A DNA stretch of 60,049 nucleotides, counting the filler. It is 10 parts of 10 records of this genome, joined end to end, with 100 filler letters (N's around TTAATTAATTAA, not from the genome) between each part and the next. Parts side by side here need not be neighbours in the genome. Positions count along the whole stretch, not along the records: positions 1 to 5,770 come from SRR31147125_283574; positions 5,871 to 10,878 come from SRR31147125_284001; 8 more parts are not named here. One strand, 5' to 3'. Positions 1 through 9,321 of the stretch are shown in pieces. The notes below the pieces were generated by a model. The model searched no databases. It was not told the origin of the DNA and was given only the letters and a program-made list of their open reading frames with translations. Each line of letters opens with the position of its first letter. Position 1 is the stretch's first letter. Position numbers and translations under genes: made by a program.

Positions 1-37
1 AAGCCGTAGGTCAGAGGTTCGAATCCTCTTGGACGTA
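1..37 (+). tRNA. tRNA-Arg, 3' half only (cut by window edge; anticodon probably UCU or CCU)
   Basis: AA-GCCGT anticodon-arm 3' side, AGGTC variable loop, T-arm AGAGG-TTCGAAT-CCTCT, acceptor strand TGGACGT plus discriminator A. No encoded CCA. The anticodon lies outside the window. Confidence 0.8.
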
Positions 38-71
38 AAAAAAAGACTTCGCTTCGGCGAAGTCTTTTTTT
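37..71. terminator. Bidirectional intrinsic terminator
   Basis: A8-GACTTCGC-TTCG-GCGAAGTC-T7: perfect 8-bp stem, cUUCGg loop, A/T tracts on both sides; lies between the tRNA and the convergent floA operon. Confidence 0.9.
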
Positions 72-400
72 CCCCAAGAGGAATCGAACCGGAAGCACCC
101 CACAACGCTTTACAAAAAACTGTAATAAATGGCGCAGCCTCTTGGACACAGATTGCGACCTGAGGAGCAATCTGAGCGCAGGCCGGAGAAGCGAAGCTTC
201 GGGCGCAAGATAGAAGGTCTAAACAGGGAAGACTATTTTTCCACCCAGGAGGATTCGAACCAGCTTGGAGAACACACCTTGTATTTGGATGCCCCCCTCG
301 ATAGCAGGATAGTTCAAGACAAACACTCCGCCTGAGGCAAATTGACGGGGCACATTCGGTTTCGATCAACCTTTCCTACAAAAGTCTTGGGGGCAGGATT

Positions 401-793
401 TTAAAGATCCTTCCACCCCTTCAGCCCCCGGGGGGCATCAAGGATTTCCTTCCAGACGACCGCTTGTCTCATCCTGGGCAGGGTTTGAACCCGACTGATG
501 CCTGAGAGAGGAGCCGCCGGAGGCTTTGATGACTCCCCGCTCCTGCCGGAAGGAAAAGGAGGCTTCGGCTTGGAGAAAGATGGGGGAGACATCGAAGACT
601 GCTCCGAATAAGAATTGAGGAAGGCCTTCACTCCCTTGCCTTCATCACCCGCCACCGACCAGCCGTCATCCGGAATTTTCAGGGAAACAGAATCGGCATT
701 CCGCGCCCGTCTTCTCTGAATCAGTCGGCTTATCGACAACCCGGCCATCAGCAGGAAAGGGATAATATAAAAAACAACGGGGAATGTTTTCAT
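401..793 (-). CDS. YqfB-like membrane-anchored protein of the floA operon
   Basis: N-terminal TM helix, low-complexity middle, C-terminal RQAVVWKEILDAPRG motif resembling the C-termini of proteins encoded after floA; starts 6 nt after floA. Confidence 0.7.
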   Translation of the reverse strand: MKTFPVVFYIIPFLLMAGLSISRLIQRRRARNADSVSLKIPDDGWSVAGDEGKGVKAFLNSYSEQSSMSPPSFSKPKPPFPSGRSGESSKPPAAPLSGISRVQTLPRMRQAVVWKEILDAPRGLKGWKDL

Positions 794-799
794 TGCTTT

Positions 800-1795
800 T
801 TAGGTCTCCTCTTCAGGGGTGGGACCGCCGTCGCCGCTAATGGACTGGCGCATATCGGTGTCGGCCTGGATATTCTTCAACCGGTAGTAGTCCATGATTC
901 CCAGATTTCCGGCCTTAAAGGCCCCGGCAATGGCCAGGGGAATTTCCGCCTCGGCCAGCACAACCTTTGCCCGGTTCTCCCGGACCAGAGCGCTCATTTC
1001 CTGTTCACGGGCGCGAGCCGCCGCCCGCCGCTGTTCCGCCACAGCCTGGAACCGGCGCTTGTCCGCCTCGGCCTGATCCGCCTGCAGCTTCGCACCGATA
1101 TTAGCCCCGACATCCACATCAGCAATATCGATGGATAGGATTTCAAAAGCCGTCCCGGCGTCGAGCCCCTTCTGCAGCACGGTCTTGGAGATCTGATCGG
1201 GGTTTTCAAGCACATCCTTGTAGGTTTCCGAAGAGCCGATTGTTGTAACAATCCCCTCACCCACCCGGGCGATTATGGTCTCTTCTGTGGCACCACCAAC
1301 AAGTCGTTCGATATTCGCCCGGACCGTAACCCGGGCCCGGGCCTGAAGCTGGATACCGTCCTTGGCCACCGCATCGATCGTATGGCGGCCTTTCTCGGGA
1401 TTCGGGCAGTCGATGACCTTGGGATTTACGCTGGTCTTGACCGCATCCAGCACATCACGGCCGGCCAGATCAATGGCCGCCGCCCGTTTGAAGTCCAGGG
1501 GAATATTGGCCTTGTTGGCGGCTATCAGCGCCTTGCTCACCCGGATAATATCGCCTCCGGCCAGAAAATGGGTTTCCAGCAGGTCAGAATCGGTGGCAAT
1601 CCCCGCTTTTGTGAGCATGATACGGCTGTCGACAATAACCCTGGATTTTACCTTCCGGATCCACATGCCAATCAGCCGCCCGATAGTGATATGAGCTCCG
1701 GAAAGAAGGGCCCGGAACCACAGGCCGAAGAACTTGAGGAATATGGCCAGAAGACTCAGGGCCAGAATACCCAATACGATATAGACAATAAGCAT
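800..1795 (-). CDS. floA: Flotillin-like protein FloA (YqfA/UPF0365)
   Basis: Hallmark motifs [74 protein letters not shown]. Confidence 0.95.
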   Translation of the reverse strand: MLIVYIVLGILALSLLAIFLKFFGLWFRALLSGAHITIGRLIGMWIRKVKSRVIVDSRIMLTKAGIATDSDLLETHFLAGGDIIRVSKALIAANKANIPLDFKRAAAIDLAGRDVLDAVKTSVNPKVIDCPNPEKGRHTIDAVAKDGIQLQARARVTVRANIERLVGGATEETIIARVGEGIVTTIGSSETYKDVLENPDQISKTVLQKGLDAGTAFEILSIDIADVDVGANIGAKLQADQAEADKRRFQAVAEQRRAAARAREQEMSALVRENRAKVVLAEAEIPLAIAGAFKAGNLGIMDYYRLKNIQADTDMRQSISGDGGPTPEEET

Positions 1796-1796
1796 A

Positions 1797-2279
1797 CTAC
1801 AGCCTCCTCTTGACTACGATTCTGCTCCCCTCCCGGGAAACGACAATAATTTCCTCATTCTTCTCTATATATTCCCCCCGGGAAACCACGGAGTACCGTT
1901 TCTCCTCAAGGAGTGCCGTCCCTGAGGGACGGAGATCGGTGAGGGCCGTGCCTTCCATACCGGACATGGCATTCTCGGTAGCCGCGGTCTGGGCCGAATA
2001 GCCCTCCTCCCGGGTCTGACTGTGGTGAAGAATGAGTCTGCGGCCGAAAAGGGTCCGGGGGAAGAGGCGAAAAAAGAGGAGCACGAGAGCCGGTACGAAA
2101 ATGATTGTCAGAATAAGAAAAATCGATCCGGCTGTGGTTCCCAGGGTTCGGAAGGCAATGACCACCGCAGCAGCAAGGCTGCCGGCCCCGGCGATTCCCA
2201 CCAGTCCGAAGGCAGGAATGAAAAACTCGAGGATGATGGCAGCGATTCCGACGGCAAAAAGAATAACAGGTGTCCACAT
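1797..2279 (-). CDS. Short NfeD-family protein (TM helices plus C-terminal OB fold)
   Basis: [14 protein letters not shown] motif and [12 protein letters not shown]-fold motif. Confidence 0.9.
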   Translation of the reverse strand: MWTPVILFAVGIAAIILEFFIPAFGLVGIAGAGSLAAAVVIAFRTLGTTAGSIFLILTIIFVPALVLLFFRLFPRTLFGRRLILHHSQTREEGYSAQTAATENAMSGMEGTALTDLRPSGTALLEEKRYSVVSRGEYIEKNEEIIVVSREGSRIVVKRRL

Positions 2280-2280
2280 C

Positions 2281-3783
2281 TCAGGCCTCCCTCACCTTAA
2301 TCCGGTTACCGTTCACCTCGGTGATCACAACCTCACGCCCAGTTTCCAGGAAGTCCCCCTCCGATTCAATCACCAGAATCCGGTCACCGAACTCTCCCTT
2401 CCCCGAAGGCCTTAAGGGAGTTATGGTCCGGCCGGTTTCTCCTGTCAGGGCCTGCTTCACCTCTCTCTCCTGAACATGAAAGCCCCGGGAAGGATCCTGG
2501 GTCTCCTGGAGGACCAGAGTCTTCAAACCCGGTATCCGGTGGAAGAACCGGAAAAAAACGGCTCCGATGACTATCGAGCCCAGAAGACCGCTTCCGATGG
2601 TAATGAAGTTTCGTTCAAGGACCTCCCTCTGCCAGGTGAACTCTGGGATAATGAAATCCTGCCGGGAAATGATGAGGGAACCGACAATCAGGAGGATCCC
2701 CAGGATGCCGGTGATACCGAATCCGGGGATGAGGACAATCTCCACGACCAGCAGGACAATACCCAGAAGAAAAATAAGAATCTCCAGAGAGCCGGCGGTC
2801 CCCAGAAGGAAATTGCCTGCAAAGAGGATGGCGAAAGCGATGACAGCAATGGTTCCGGGAACTCCGAAACCGGGACTGGTAATCTCCAGGTAGAGGGCTC
2901 CGAGGCCGACCATAATGATCAGGGTGGTTAAAACTGAACCGGTCACCGCGGCGATGATTCTGTCGGCGGTGGACTCTTCGTAGGTCAGGGATTCCGCGCC
3001 CTCAAGCTCTAATTCCCCCAGCAGTTCCTCGAGAGAGGAAGGGGTTCCGGAACTAATACCGTAGTACTTCATCTCCCCGGCAGTCAGGGCCAGAAGTTTG
3101 CCGGCTTTGGAAACGATCCTCACCTCTTCGAAATCCCTTCCGGCCTCTTCCGCCGTCTTTTTCAGGCTTGCCGTCTCCTCGACATCGACAAGTTGGGGGA
3201 TCCCGTCTATCCTGACCTCCACCAGTTCGATATCCATATCCACCATGGCCGCCGCCACAGCCTTCGGATAGCCGTTCTTTTCCGCCAGGGCGGCCATCTG
3301 GGCCCGGACAGCACTGACAACCTTTTCCGGTGCGGCTTCCGAGCCTTGAGTCCCGGAATAGACCGGAGCAGCGGCGCCCAGAGAGGTACCGGGAGCCATA
3401 TAGATCCGCTCACAGGCCAGACTGATCAAGGCACCGGCCGACCAGCTGACGGCTGTGGTCTCCGGAGCCGCCGGTACCCAGGCAATGGTTTCCACATCCT
3501 CCGCACCACCAATAAGGGTAGCAATCTGGAGTGCCGCGTCCACCCTGCCGCCGAAGGTATCGATATCGAATATAACCCGGGTGGCGCCAGTGGAGTCAGC
3601 CTCTTGAAGCCCTCTCCGGATAAAGACGGTGAGAGCCCTGTTAATCTCCCCATGTATGGGAATAATATAAACTTCCGCTCCCGAATCTTCGGCAGATTGA
3701 ATATCAGTGTTGTTCTGGGCCGTTAATTGAAGTACTGACGCCAAAAAGAGGAGGAGAGAGATCAGAAGAGTTCTTCTTTTCAT
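2281..3783 (-). CDS. nfeD: Long NfeD (YqeZ/NfeD1b-like): ClpP-class protease domain, TM region, OB fold
   Basis: Signal peptide, IDTFGGRVD, SAGALISLAC, IYMAPGTSLGAA, EK, EITSPGFGVPG, TPLRPSGK. Confidence 0.92.
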   Translation of the reverse strand: MKRRTLLISLLLFLASVLQLTAQNNTDIQSAEDSGAEVYIIPIHGEINRALTVFIRRGLQEADSTGATRVIFDIDTFGGRVDAALQIATLIGGAEDVETIAWVPAAPETTAVSWSAGALISLACERIYMAPGTSLGAAAPVYSGTQGSEAAPEKVVSAVRAQMAALAEKNGYPKAVAAAMVDMDIELVEVRIDGIPQLVDVEETASLKKTAEEAGRDFEEVRIVSKAGKLLALTAGEMKYYGISSGTPSSLEELLGELELEGAESLTYEESTADRIIAAVTGSVLTTLIIMVGLGALYLEITSPGFGVPGTIAVIAFAILFAGNFLLGTAGSLEILIFLLGIVLLVVEIVLIPGFGITGILGILLIVGSLIISRQDFIIPEFTWQREVLERNFITIGSGLLGSIVIGAVFFRFFHRIPGLKTLVLQETQDPSRGFHVQEREVKQALTGETGRTITPLRPSGKGEFGDRILVIESEGDFLETGREVVITEVNGNRIKVREA

Positions 3784-3930
3784 AAAGATTCCATCCCTGT
3801 ATTAAAAAGATGGTTCAGTTCCGGTCAAAAGTCAAGGAAGAGCAGAAAAACAACAGGCTCCGGCGCTTATACCGAATTTAAAAGGATGGCCTCTGGATGT
3901 TAGGGTGTCTTTTCATTAAACTCTCTTTTC

Positions 3931-4905
3931 ATGGACAGTCATACCCCCTTTGCAGCCCTGATTCCGCTCATCAGAAAGAACCTTGAGACCTTCACCCCGT
4001 CGGCCCCTGTCCGGCTTTTGTACGGCCGCGGCGGAAGGGCCCCGGAGTTCTGTGATATCAATATCGATCTCTATCCCCCCCTCATTTTTATTACCCTCTA
4101 CAGGGAGTATTCAGACGAGGCCGTAGAAGAGCTGGCCCGGACCGTCGGCACCATCCTTCCCGACTCTCCGCTTCTCGTCCAGGATCGTTCCAGGCGGCCG
4201 GCTTTGACAAGACTGACAACAGGGGCTGTTCCGGATGAGCTGGTCATCCGGGAGGCGGGACTTGAGTTTTACATCCACCCCGGCCGGGGACAGAACCCGG
4301 GATTTTTCCCGGATATGAGAGAGGGCCGCCGGCGCATCGGAGAACTGATCGCCGAAATGCGGGAAGCCTCCGGAGAGGAAATGGCAGGGCCCCGGGTCCT
4401 TAACCTCTTCGCCTATACCTGTTCACTCTCGGTAGCCGCCCTGGCCTCCGGAGCATCCGGGGTGGTGAACATCGATATGAACCGCCGATCCCTGGATATC
4501 GGCAAGAGGAACCATAGACTCAATCATTCGGCCATCCCCGGAGGATACCAGAATCAGGCCCTGTTCCTCCCCCACGATATCTACAAGTCCTTCGGAAAAC
4601 TGAGGAAGGAAGGTCCCTATAATCTCATTATCGCCGATCCGCCCCCGAATCAGAAAGGCAGTTTCCTGCTGCGGAAAGATTATCCCCGACTGTTAAGGCA
4701 CCTGCCGGAAATGCTCACTCCTGGAGGAAACCTGCTGATGTCCCACAACGGCCCCGGCTCAACATGGGAGGAATTCGAAACCCTGGCCCTTGAATCCCTC
4801 CCCGGTTTCCTAGTCAGAGAGAGAATAGCCCCTCCGGAGGACTTCCGGCCGGTGGAAAAAGGCCGGGGCTTGAAGCTCCTCCTTCTCTCGGTTAAAGGCA
4901 AATAG
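3931..4905 (+). CDS. Class I SAM-dependent methyltransferase, RlmI/YwbD-like, without PUA domain
   Basis: GQNPGFFPDMR, VLNLFAYTC, IIADPP motifs. Confidence 0.88.
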   Translation: MDSHTPFAALIPLIRKNLETFTPSAPVRLLYGRGGRAPEFCDINIDLYPPLIFITLYREYSDEAVEELARTVGTILPDSPLLVQDRSRRPALTRLTTGAVPDELVIREAGLEFYIHPGRGQNPGFFPDMREGRRRIGELIAEMREASGEEMAGPRVLNLFAYTCSLSVAALASGASGVVNIDMNRRSLDIGKRNHRLNHSAIPGGYQNQALFLPHDIYKSFGKLRKEGPYNLIIADPPPNQKGSFLLRKDYPRLLRHLPEMLTPGGNLLMSHNGPGSTWEEFETLALESLPGFLVRERIAPPEDFRPVEKGRGLKLLLLSVKGK

Positions 4906-5007
4906 TCTTTTTATTATTGATATAATAGAAGAAAATTTAAAAGATAGGCCCCCGAAGCTTGAAATCCCTATACAGTGATATAAACTTATGTGTATGGAGG
5001 ACGAACT

Positions 5008-5640
5008 ATGAAGAAAATTATTGTTATAGCTCTTACTGTCTTGATCCTGCTTCCCGGAATAGCCTTCGCAGGCAGCATCGACGTGGGAGTCTCAATAACA
5101 CCATTTTCACTTATCAAAGGCGAGGACGACTCGAGTGCGGCTGATCTTTACGGCGATACTGAAAGCAGCTTCTTCGAAGAGAATTCACTGGGACTGCATA
5201 TTGGCTACTCTTTCTGGTGGCTTTTTTACGCTTCAGCGGATTTCAATATTGTCCCCGACTGGTATGTCGAAGATGCAACCAGCAATTACGGAGCCGATGA
5301 GGGAGTGCTGGCCCCGGGGATTGTCTCCTACTTTGATGTGGGGATACGCCCTATTATAGGTCCCATCGTGCTTATGGCCGAAGTTGGATTGAACTATCTC
5401 TATATCCACTCAAATTATGTGGATGAGGGAGAAGGCTTTGGTGGAACAGGAGTCAATATGCGCCTCGGCGGCGGTCTCTACTTCAACCCATTTGTAATCA
5501 CCGCGGTAGGAACAGTATTCTTCGCCAGTTTCGACAATATGACCGAGACCATGACGGCTATCGCAGACGGCGACGAGATGGTTCAGGATGAGTTCCTAAG
5601 CTCCCTGACCCCGTCGATCATTGTATCCCTGAAGTTTTAG
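5008..5640 (+). CDS. Exported protein, probable outer-membrane beta-barrel
   Basis: GGAGG RBS before ATG 5008, signal peptide ending IAFA, alternating beta-strand pattern, C-terminal Phe. Confidence 0.65.
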   Translation: MKKIIVIALTVLILLPGIAFAGSIDVGVSITPFSLIKGEDDSSAADLYGDTESSFFEENSLGLHIGYSFWWLFYASADFNIVPDWYVEDATSNYGADEGVLAPGIVSYFDVGIRPIIGPIVLMAEVGLNYLYIHSNYVDEGEGFGGTGVNMRLGGGLYFNPFVITAVGTVFFASFDNMTETMTAIADGDEMVQDEFLSSLTPSIIVSLKF

Positions 5641-5652
5641 GAGGAGGCAGAT

Positions 5653-5770
5653 ATGAAAAAACTATTCAGTGTATTTGTTATTTTAACAGCAATCCTACTC
5701 CTCTTCACCGGTTGTGACGATATTCTCAACGCCGCCTATCCCGCATACGATCCCGAATCCGATGAGGGGG
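5653..5770 (+). CDS. Lipoprotein, N-terminal fragment (contig end)
   Basis: GGAGG RBS; MKKLFSVFVILTAILLLFTG-C lipobox; missing from the ORF track. Confidence 0.7.
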
Positions 5771-5870
5771 NNNNNNNNNNNNNNNNNNNNNNNNNNNNNN
5801 NNNNNNNNNNNNNNTTAATTAATTAANNNNNNNNNNNNNNNNNNNNNNNNNNNNNNNNNNNNNNNNNNNN
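5771..5870. other. Artificial contig spacer (also at 10879-10978, 16185-16284, 21926-22025, 31076-31175, 37518-37617, 43616-43715, 49190-49289, 54474-54573)
   Basis: Identical N44-TTAATTAATTAA-N44 with stops in all six frames; gene content and style change abruptly across each one. Confidence 0.99.
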
Positions 5871-6051
5871 CCTTTTTCTGCTGTGCCACCAGATCGCTCT
5901 GGCACAAGATACCGGCCACCCGCCCCTTGGCATCCAACACGGGGGCACCGTTGATGCCATTATCAAGCAACACCTGCGCCGCCCGCCCAATATCGTCTTC
6001 GGGCGTCAATGTAATCACATCGCTGGTCATGATCTCTTGGGCCGTAATCAT
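5871..6051 (-). CDS. CBS-domain protein, N-terminal fragment
   Basis: TAQEIMTSDVITL...INGAPVLD...VAGILCQSDL CBS pattern. Confidence 0.85.
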
Positions 6052-6158
6052 CGAGTCCCCCTATTTTTTAGTGAAAGCATTCTCTTCCTGATCAGGGTTG
6101 TCACCATATCATGTGTATCACCTTACCATGCGTATCACCATACCACGCGTTCAATAGA

Positions 6159-8450
6159 TCAGGAGAGTATTTTACGCAGGGCCGATCCGATATCCTGAAG
6201 GATATAAGGCTTGCGGACATAGGCGCCGACGCCGAGGTCGAGGGCCTTTCTAACCCGCCCAGTTTCCGAAAAACCGCTGGCGATCAAGGCCTTCATATCG
6301 GCATGAAGTTCGCGGATCGCCTTGAAGGTGTCCAGGCCGTCCATGCCCGGCATGATCATGTCAAGAATGACGGCGTCGACCGGCGATGCATCTCTTTTCA
6401 GAAAGTCGATCGCCTCCTCTCCGGATGCAACGGTATATGCCTTATAGCCTAAGCGGTTGAGAATATCGGCGGCGATCTCACGCTGTTCGATCACATCATC
6501 CACCACCAGCACAGTCTCTCCGTTGCCCAGATAGCGATCTACGGTAATGGCCTCCCGGGGCACAGAAAGCTTATCTTCAGTCACAGGGAAAAAGAGCTTG
6601 AAGGTAGTCCCCTTCAATTCTTCACTATGAACTGAAATGTACCCGTTGTGGTCTTCCACCGTCCCCCAAACGACGGCCATCCCCAGTCCACTACCGCTGC
6701 GCCCCATTACCTTACGCGTAAAAAACGGTTCGAAAATTCGCTGGAGGTCGTCCTCCGGTATACCGACACCGCTATCGGACACCTCCAGGCATACATATCT
6801 GCCGGGAGGCATTTGGGAAACGTCTTGTGGCGGGCGATCGAACATATGGTTCGATGAACGAATCGTGATGTGCCCTCCCTGCGGCTGTGCTTCGGCCGCG
6901 TTGATCACCAGATTCATCAACGCTTTCTTCAGATGGATCGATGAGCCTTTGATGTTGGCGATGTGAGGTGCCAACGCCGTAAGAATGTCGACACCGGGAT
7001 AGCGGACGAGCAAATCCATGTGTTCAGGTGAATTGAGATGTTCTTCGACGACTGTGTTGATCGAGACGGTGTTCAATTCCTGAACGTTCCTGCGGGCCAA
7101 GACCAGCAGGTCCTGAACGATATCAGCGGCTTTGTTACCTGTCTGGCGAATGGTTTCCAGCGGTTTGCGCAGCGGGCTCTCTTCGGGCAGATCGAGCAGC
7201 AGCAGGTCCGGGTAGCTGACGATACCGGAGAGCACATTGTTGAGATCGTGGGCAACGCCGCTGGCCAACAGGCCGATGGCCTCCATTTTTTTGGATTGAG
7301 CCAATCTTGCCTGCAGGGCCTCGTTTTCCTTCTGGGCCTGAATGCGTCTCGAAATGTCCCTCGTGATGCCAATGATGCCGATGGGCCGTCCATCTTCACC
7401 CAGCAGAAATGCACCCCGCGTCTCCATCTTCAAGGTGCTGCCGTCTTTGCAGAGCATATCTATCGTGAGTGTGGCCGCCTTGTTCAAATCACCGCTCTTT
7501 TCCGATTCGGTCAGTAATTCGTCAATAGCGGTCAATGCCTTCTCCGACGATTCGGCAGCAAGCACATCGACCATATTCCGCCCGGTCAGTTCCTCAACCG
7601 GCCATCCGAGCAGGGACGTCGCCGCAGGGCTTATGTAGCTGATATTAAAGTCCATATCGAGTGACCAGAGAATATCGGAGAGGTTTTCGGCCAATAGGCG
7701 ATACTTCTCCTCGCTCGCTTTCAGAAATCTCTCCGTCTGTTTGCGGACATCCACCTCTTTGACCAGATTGTCGCGCGCCTCGCGGGCGCGAATGACGACC
7801 AGTTGAAGCCCCCGGGTCAAGCCGGCAACAGACAAGGCCACCATCGCGTTGAGAAAAATAAAATTAAATCCGGTTGTTAACGCTCTGGATACATTCGGAT
7901 AGGCGGGTTGTCCAATGGCAACCAAACCATGGAAACTCAACAAGCCGAACAGGACCAGGGTGAGGGCATTGATCAGAATGGCGACAACGGCGGCTCGAAA
8001 ACCGAGCAGGATGCCGGCCATAACCGCAAAAGAGAAGAGCCAAACCGGTCCGCCGCTCGTTACCCCCAATGTCGCCAAAATCCACGCTCCCAGGGAGTAC
8101 ATGATAAGCAGTATGATAGCGGCCCGGGAACGATACGTCAGGGAAGGGATCATCATCAGCCCGACGAAGGCCACATAGACGGCTGTGTCAAAAACCGCCA
8201 GTTGCCAATACCCCGCATAGAGCAGGAAAATCACGGTCGGCACAAGAACAAAATGACCAATGATGAAGCCAACAGCCACAACATGCTGCAGCATACGGCT
8301 GCGCCAGTAGTCCAGCCCCTCACCCTTTTCCATACCGGGAACGGCAAAGCGTTCGAGAATTGCATTCCACCAGCGCAGGATATGGTTGAAGGTTATAAGA
8401 GAATGTGTTTTCATTTCAGCTGTGTTCTTCCCATCTCCAATCTGAATCAC
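6159..8450 (-). CDS. Hybrid sensor histidine kinase (multi-TM, PAS, HisKA, HATPase, REC)
   Basis: Several TM helices, PAS domain, GVAHDLNN H-box, NLVINA, DSGVG, FEPFFT, GLGM, receiver motifs VVDD and LDMIMP. Start codon uncertain. Confidence 0.95.
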   Translation of the reverse strand: MIQIGDGKNTAEMKTHSLITFNHILRWWNAILERFAVPGMEKGEGLDYWRSRMLQHVVAVGFIIGHFVLVPTVIFLLYAGYWQLAVFDTAVYVAFVGLMMIPSLTYRSRAAIILLIMYSLGAWILATLGVTSGGPVWLFSFAVMAGILLGFRAAVVAILINALTLVLFGLLSFHGLVAIGQPAYPNVSRALTTGFNFIFLNAMVALSVAGLTRGLQLVVIRAREARDNLVKEVDVRKQTERFLKASEEKYRLLAENLSDILWSLDMDFNISYISPAATSLLGWPVEELTGRNMVDVLAAESSEKALTAIDELLTESEKSGDLNKAATLTIDMLCKDGSTLKMETRGAFLLGEDGRPIGIIGITRDISRRIQAQKENEALQARLAQSKKMEAIGLLASGVAHDLNNVLSGIVSYPDLLLLDLPEESPLRKPLETIRQTGNKAADIVQDLLVLARRNVQELNTVSINTVVEEHLNSPEHMDLLVRYPGVDILTALAPHIANIKGSSIHLKKALMNLVINAAEAQPQGGHITIRSSNHMFDRPPQDVSQMPPGRYVCLEVSDSGVGIPEDDLQRIFEPFFTRKVMGRSGSGLGMAVVWGTVEDHNGYISVHSEELKGTTFKLFFPVTEDKLSVPREAITVDRYLGNGETVLVVDDVIEQREIAADILNRLGYKAYTVASGEEAIDFLKRDASPVDAVILDMIMPGMDGLDTFKAIRELHADMKALIASGFSETGRVRKALDLGVGAYVRKPYILQDIGSALRKILS

Positions 8451-8580
8451 ATCGGTGTTTTTTGGAAAAAACTTAAATTTAAGCCGCGTCTCTCTGTGTG
8501 CAATATCTATTTTAGTTTGGCCGTTTTAGAGAAAGCAACAGCTAAGGCGCGTACAACACCTATCCCGAGACGGTAGATCC

Positions 8581-9300
8581 ATGGAACAAGATCTCTTTCT
8601 CACCTTGCCCCAGGCTGTCACCGCCATCTGCCTCGATTTCCGAGGCTATGATGCCCAGCCCATGCTCTTTTCCGAAATCCTGCGAACCCTGTTCGACTCT
8701 GAAATCACCTTCAACCGGGAGCCTGAAAAAGAGGGGCTGTGGATTTCAGGCAGCCGCCATGGCCGAATGCATTGGTTGGAAGGGACCGAGCTGGTAGAGC
8801 GGATGTGTCACCTGGTCACCGAGGCGCAAGCCCAAAACAGGATCGGACCGGAGCAGATGGCATCCCTTTGCCGCCGGGTGTTCCAAGTCTCCTGCCAGGC
8901 GGCAAGAGACTCTGAAAGCGGTCAATGGGGGATCCGGGTGCAGACCGACATGAGCACCTTCGAATGCCGGCAGTGCGGACAGTGCTGCCGCCAACTGGAC
9001 TACCGCAACGGCATTACCAGAGAGGATGTGGACCGCCTGAAACGGCTGGGGCGCAGCGACGTACTCGAATGGGTCCGTACGGTGCGATCCGCAAGCGGCG
9101 ATACCGTATATCGCATATGGGTCACGCCCGGCACCAATCAGTTCGCTGATCCCTGCCCTTTCCTGAAAAGGGGCTCCTCCCAAGACCGCTGGATTTGCAG
9201 CATCCACGATGTCAAACCGCACATCTGCAGCAACTATCCGGTCAGCCGTAAACATGCACTGATGACCGGATGCCCCGGATTTGATATAACCCGGCGATAA
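8581..9300 (+). CDS. YkgJ-family cysteine-cluster protein with N-terminal extension
   Basis: CRQCGQCC, CPFL, CSIHDVKPHICSNYP. Confidence 0.9.
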   Translation: MEQDLFLTLPQAVTAICLDFRGYDAQPMLFSEILRTLFDSEITFNREPEKEGLWISGSRHGRMHWLEGTELVERMCHLVTEAQAQNRIGPEQMASLCRRVFQVSCQAARDSESGQWGIRVQTDMSTFECRQCGQCCRQLDYRNGITREDVDRLKRLGRSDVLEWVRTVRSASGDTVYRIWVTPGTNQFADPCPFLKRGSSQDRWICSIHDVKPHICSNYPVSRKHALMTGCPGFDITRR

Positions 9301-9321
9301 TTTGCCACCGATGGAGGTTGC

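Noticed and set aside
129..335. 68-aa ORF after the tRNA
   Set aside because: It overlaps tRNA-derived repeats and has no clear RBS or recognisable motif.
5771..5870. Recurring TTAATTAATTAA motif in N runs
   Set aside because: Artificial six-frame-stop spacer. Genes on either side come from different organisms, so cross-spacer neighbourhoods and apparent bacteria-eukaryote HGT are meaningless.
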